Below, one piece after another: positions 62,194 to 64,000 of a DNA stretch of 64,000 nt. Positions within the stretch are counted from its first letter, which is position 1. Each line of letters opens with the position of its first letter. The position numbers were made by a program, and so were the translations under genes. Below the pieces are notes generated by a model that saw only the letters and a program-made list of their open reading frames with translations, did not search any database and was not told the origin of the DNA. The DNA lies in assembly GCA_964342815.1 (NCBI GenBank), contig CAYFHS010000019.1:10285-74284 (forward strand), written 5' to 3'. This DNA comes from an uncultured archaeon. GTDB lineage: Archaea; Thermoplasmatota; Penumbrarchaeia; JASLWR01.

Positions 62194-62515
62194 CTGACTA
62201 CCTTTTTTTTATAATGAGATACATTTTGACAATTAATTAAAGATTATGACGCATATAAATATTATGGGACAAGATTCGAAAAGACCGGAAATCCCGTCCA
62301 GAATATCGATATGGGATTTGTTGAGCCAGATTGTTAAGATATTGAAGTAAAAAGAAGAATCCCACAGTTTTCATAAGCGCCGGAATACTTATAATTGCCC
62401 TTGTCCATACGATGATAGGATCTTTATTTTTACTGAGATAAAAAAATGTCCATGGAGACCACGATATCGAATCGATTGGGATGTACGTAACCCTTGAATG
62501 AAATAAAGCGAGTTG

Positions 62516-64000
62516 ATGATTATGGGGTATAATAGTATTTGTGCAATTACTGTGGGTATCATTATTTTCTCACTATTATCTCCAATAATCTCGGGGGAAT
62601 CCGGTAGGACCGAAATCAATTCACCGATAACCAGGTCTTCACAGAAGACAATCGTCAACGGCTCCGGCAGCGGGGATTACACCCATATCCAAGGGGCTAT
62701 CGACAATGCAAGCGAGGGGGATACGGTTTTCGTGCAGGCTGGGACGTACCACGAAAATGTCTTGATAAGCAAGACGATAACACTTGTTGGACAGGGAAGC
62801 GAAGATACTATCATAAACGGTGGGGGTGAGAGCGATGTGATTCATATCAAAGCGAATCATGTGAATGTCAGCGGTTTCAATATCACTAATTGCGGTGATG
62901 ACTATGAGCGGGACATGGGTATCGAATTGAACTTTTCTTCGTACTCAAAGATCGAGAACAACGTTATTTTTTCGAATTATTTCTCAGGGATTTCTCTCTC
63001 ATCTTCGGACAATATTACCGTCGCCAACAACACATGTCACTCGAATGGTATCGGGATAGTGGTAAGATGGAACAGTTCCGACAATATCATCACGAACAAT
63101 ACCTGTTATTGGAACTATGAAAGGGGGATTTCGGTTCACGGGGCCAGGAACCGGATCGATAACAATACATGCAAATCAAACGGATGGTCGGGTATTGCAG
63201 TGGGATCCTGGGGAAACACCTTGGCAGATAATAATTGCTCTTCAAGCCAGAATGGAATATCCCTGGATGGAGCTTATGGGAATAATGTTATTCGCAATAC
63301 GTGTCTTCTAAACAATTACGGAATAGAATTATCTGGCTCGGGATATAATAATATTTCAGAAAACCGCTGCTTCCGGAATAATAATGGTATTGCACTAGGC
63401 CAAGTGTCCAATGGGAACCTAATCACCTCCAATAATGTTTTCAATAATGTCAATTGGGGTTTGGGGATCAATTACTATCCGTATTTTTGTGAGGTCGGAT
63501 GCGGAGGTAATCTGGTATATCAGAATAGATTCATCAATAATAATAACGGCAGTATCCAGGCGGTGGATAACAGCTCTGGGAATTCATGGAACCATACATC
63601 AATCGGCAACTACTGGTCCGATCTACCGATGATTGATGAGGACGAGGATGGGATAATCGATCAGGTGTATGCCATCAGCGGTCTTTCCGGTATATTCGAT
63701 TTTTTCCCTCTATCAGCTGACTTCGATTCCTCAAAACCCGTGGCGTTCGGTGGAATGAATAAAATTATCACTGTAAATACTCTGTTCCAGTTCAATGCTT
63801 CCAATTCCTATGACGATGCTCCCATAGCATATTATACCTGGACCTTCGCATATAATGAAACTCAAATTACTCTGTACGGATCCGATCCTATTTTCCTATT
63901 TGGGGAATCCGGAAACTACACTGTGTCGCTGAGAGTTGAGGATAAAGACGGAAACACGGATTCGGACCTTTTTGATATAAAAGTAAATCCCGTTTCGAAT
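62516..64000 (+). CDS. partial (3'-open) surface protein: signal/anchor, NosD/PbH1-like right-handed beta-helix, then the first PKD domain
   Basis: This ORF is absent from the supplied track because it has no stop in the window. The frame is open from 62507 to 64000, with ATGs at 62516 and 62522. My translation reads MGYNSICAITVGIIIFSLLSPIISG...GDYTHIQGAIDNASEGDTVFVQAGTYHENVLISKTITLVGQG. Periodic NN.(C/I)..N..GI motifs follow, and then KPVAFGG...FNASNSYDD...YTWTF...GNYTVSLRVEDKDGNTDS. Confidence 0.8.
   Translation, partial: MIMGYNSICAITVGIIIFSLLSPIISGESGRTEINSPITRSSQKTIVNGSGSGDYTHIQGAIDNASEGDTVFVQAGTYHENVLISKTITLVGQGSEDTIINGGGESDVIHIKANHVNVSGFNITNCGDDYERDMGIELNFSSYSKIENNVIFSNYFSGISLSSSDNITVANNTCHSNGIGIVVRWNSSDNIITNNTCYWNYERGISVHGARNRIDNNTCKSNGWSGIAVGSWGNTLADNNCSSSQNGISLDGAYGNNVIRNTCLLNNYGIELSGSGYNNISENRCFRNNNGIALGQVSNGNLITSNNVFNNVNWGLGINYYPYFCEVGCGGNLVYQNRFINNNNGSIQAVDNSSGNSWNHTSIGNYWSDLPMIDEDEDGIIDQVYAISGLSGIFDFFPLSADFDSSKPVAFGGMNKIITVNTLFQFNASNSYDDAPIAYYTWTFAYNETQITLYGSDPIFLFGESGNYTVSLRVEDKDGNTDSDLFDIKVNPVSN

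Noticed and set aside
62389-62860. Minus-strand track ORFs 62389..62658 and 62639..62860.
   Set aside because: They are antisense to, or overlap the start of, the much longer open plus-strand frame that encodes a recognisable beta-helix protein. Their translations show no features.

Overview
The window looks archaeal, with moderate and patchy GC content. The evidence is an aIF1A - RIO kinase - KH (Dim2-like) - SRP19 - S8e block at 28.5-31.4 kb, a fused ThiD-ThiN gene, and TATA-like boxes 20-35 nt upstream of many starts. I found no rRNA, tRNA, CRISPR array, transposase or integrase by eye. Housekeeping and metabolic genes include a MarR-MATE operon, an AlkD-like repair protein, a DUF362/4Fe-4S protein, an acyl-CoA synthetase, an aminotransferase, an FGE-type enzyme, thiDN and a 1428-aa double BcrA/BadF-type activase fusion. 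These alternate with AT-richer islands that encode very large membrane-anchored surface proteins. The surface proteins carry PKD, FG-GAP, CARDB, beta-helix, LamG, Ig-like and thrombospondin-type-3-like Ca-binding modules. A four- to five-gene phosphorelay and a STAND-type wHTH-ATPase regulator lie at 48.8-55.3 kb. The most interesting signal is a recurring chassis. A huge extracellular domain is followed by 3 PKD domains, a Ca-binding DxDxDG module, one TM helix and two tandem cytoplasmic winged-helix domains (37911..42202 and 58324..62193). A minimal TM plus double-wHTH version lies at 11959..12868, next to other giant surface-protein genes. This suggests membrane-tethered one-component transcription factors. 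Three gene pairs look like single genes broken by 1-nt homopolymer frame breaks. Short perfect nucleotide identities link the paralogous anchor modules. A TTCGAA-containing motif recurs upstream of TATA boxes. An open-ended beta-helix/PKD ORF missing from the track runs off the 3' end.
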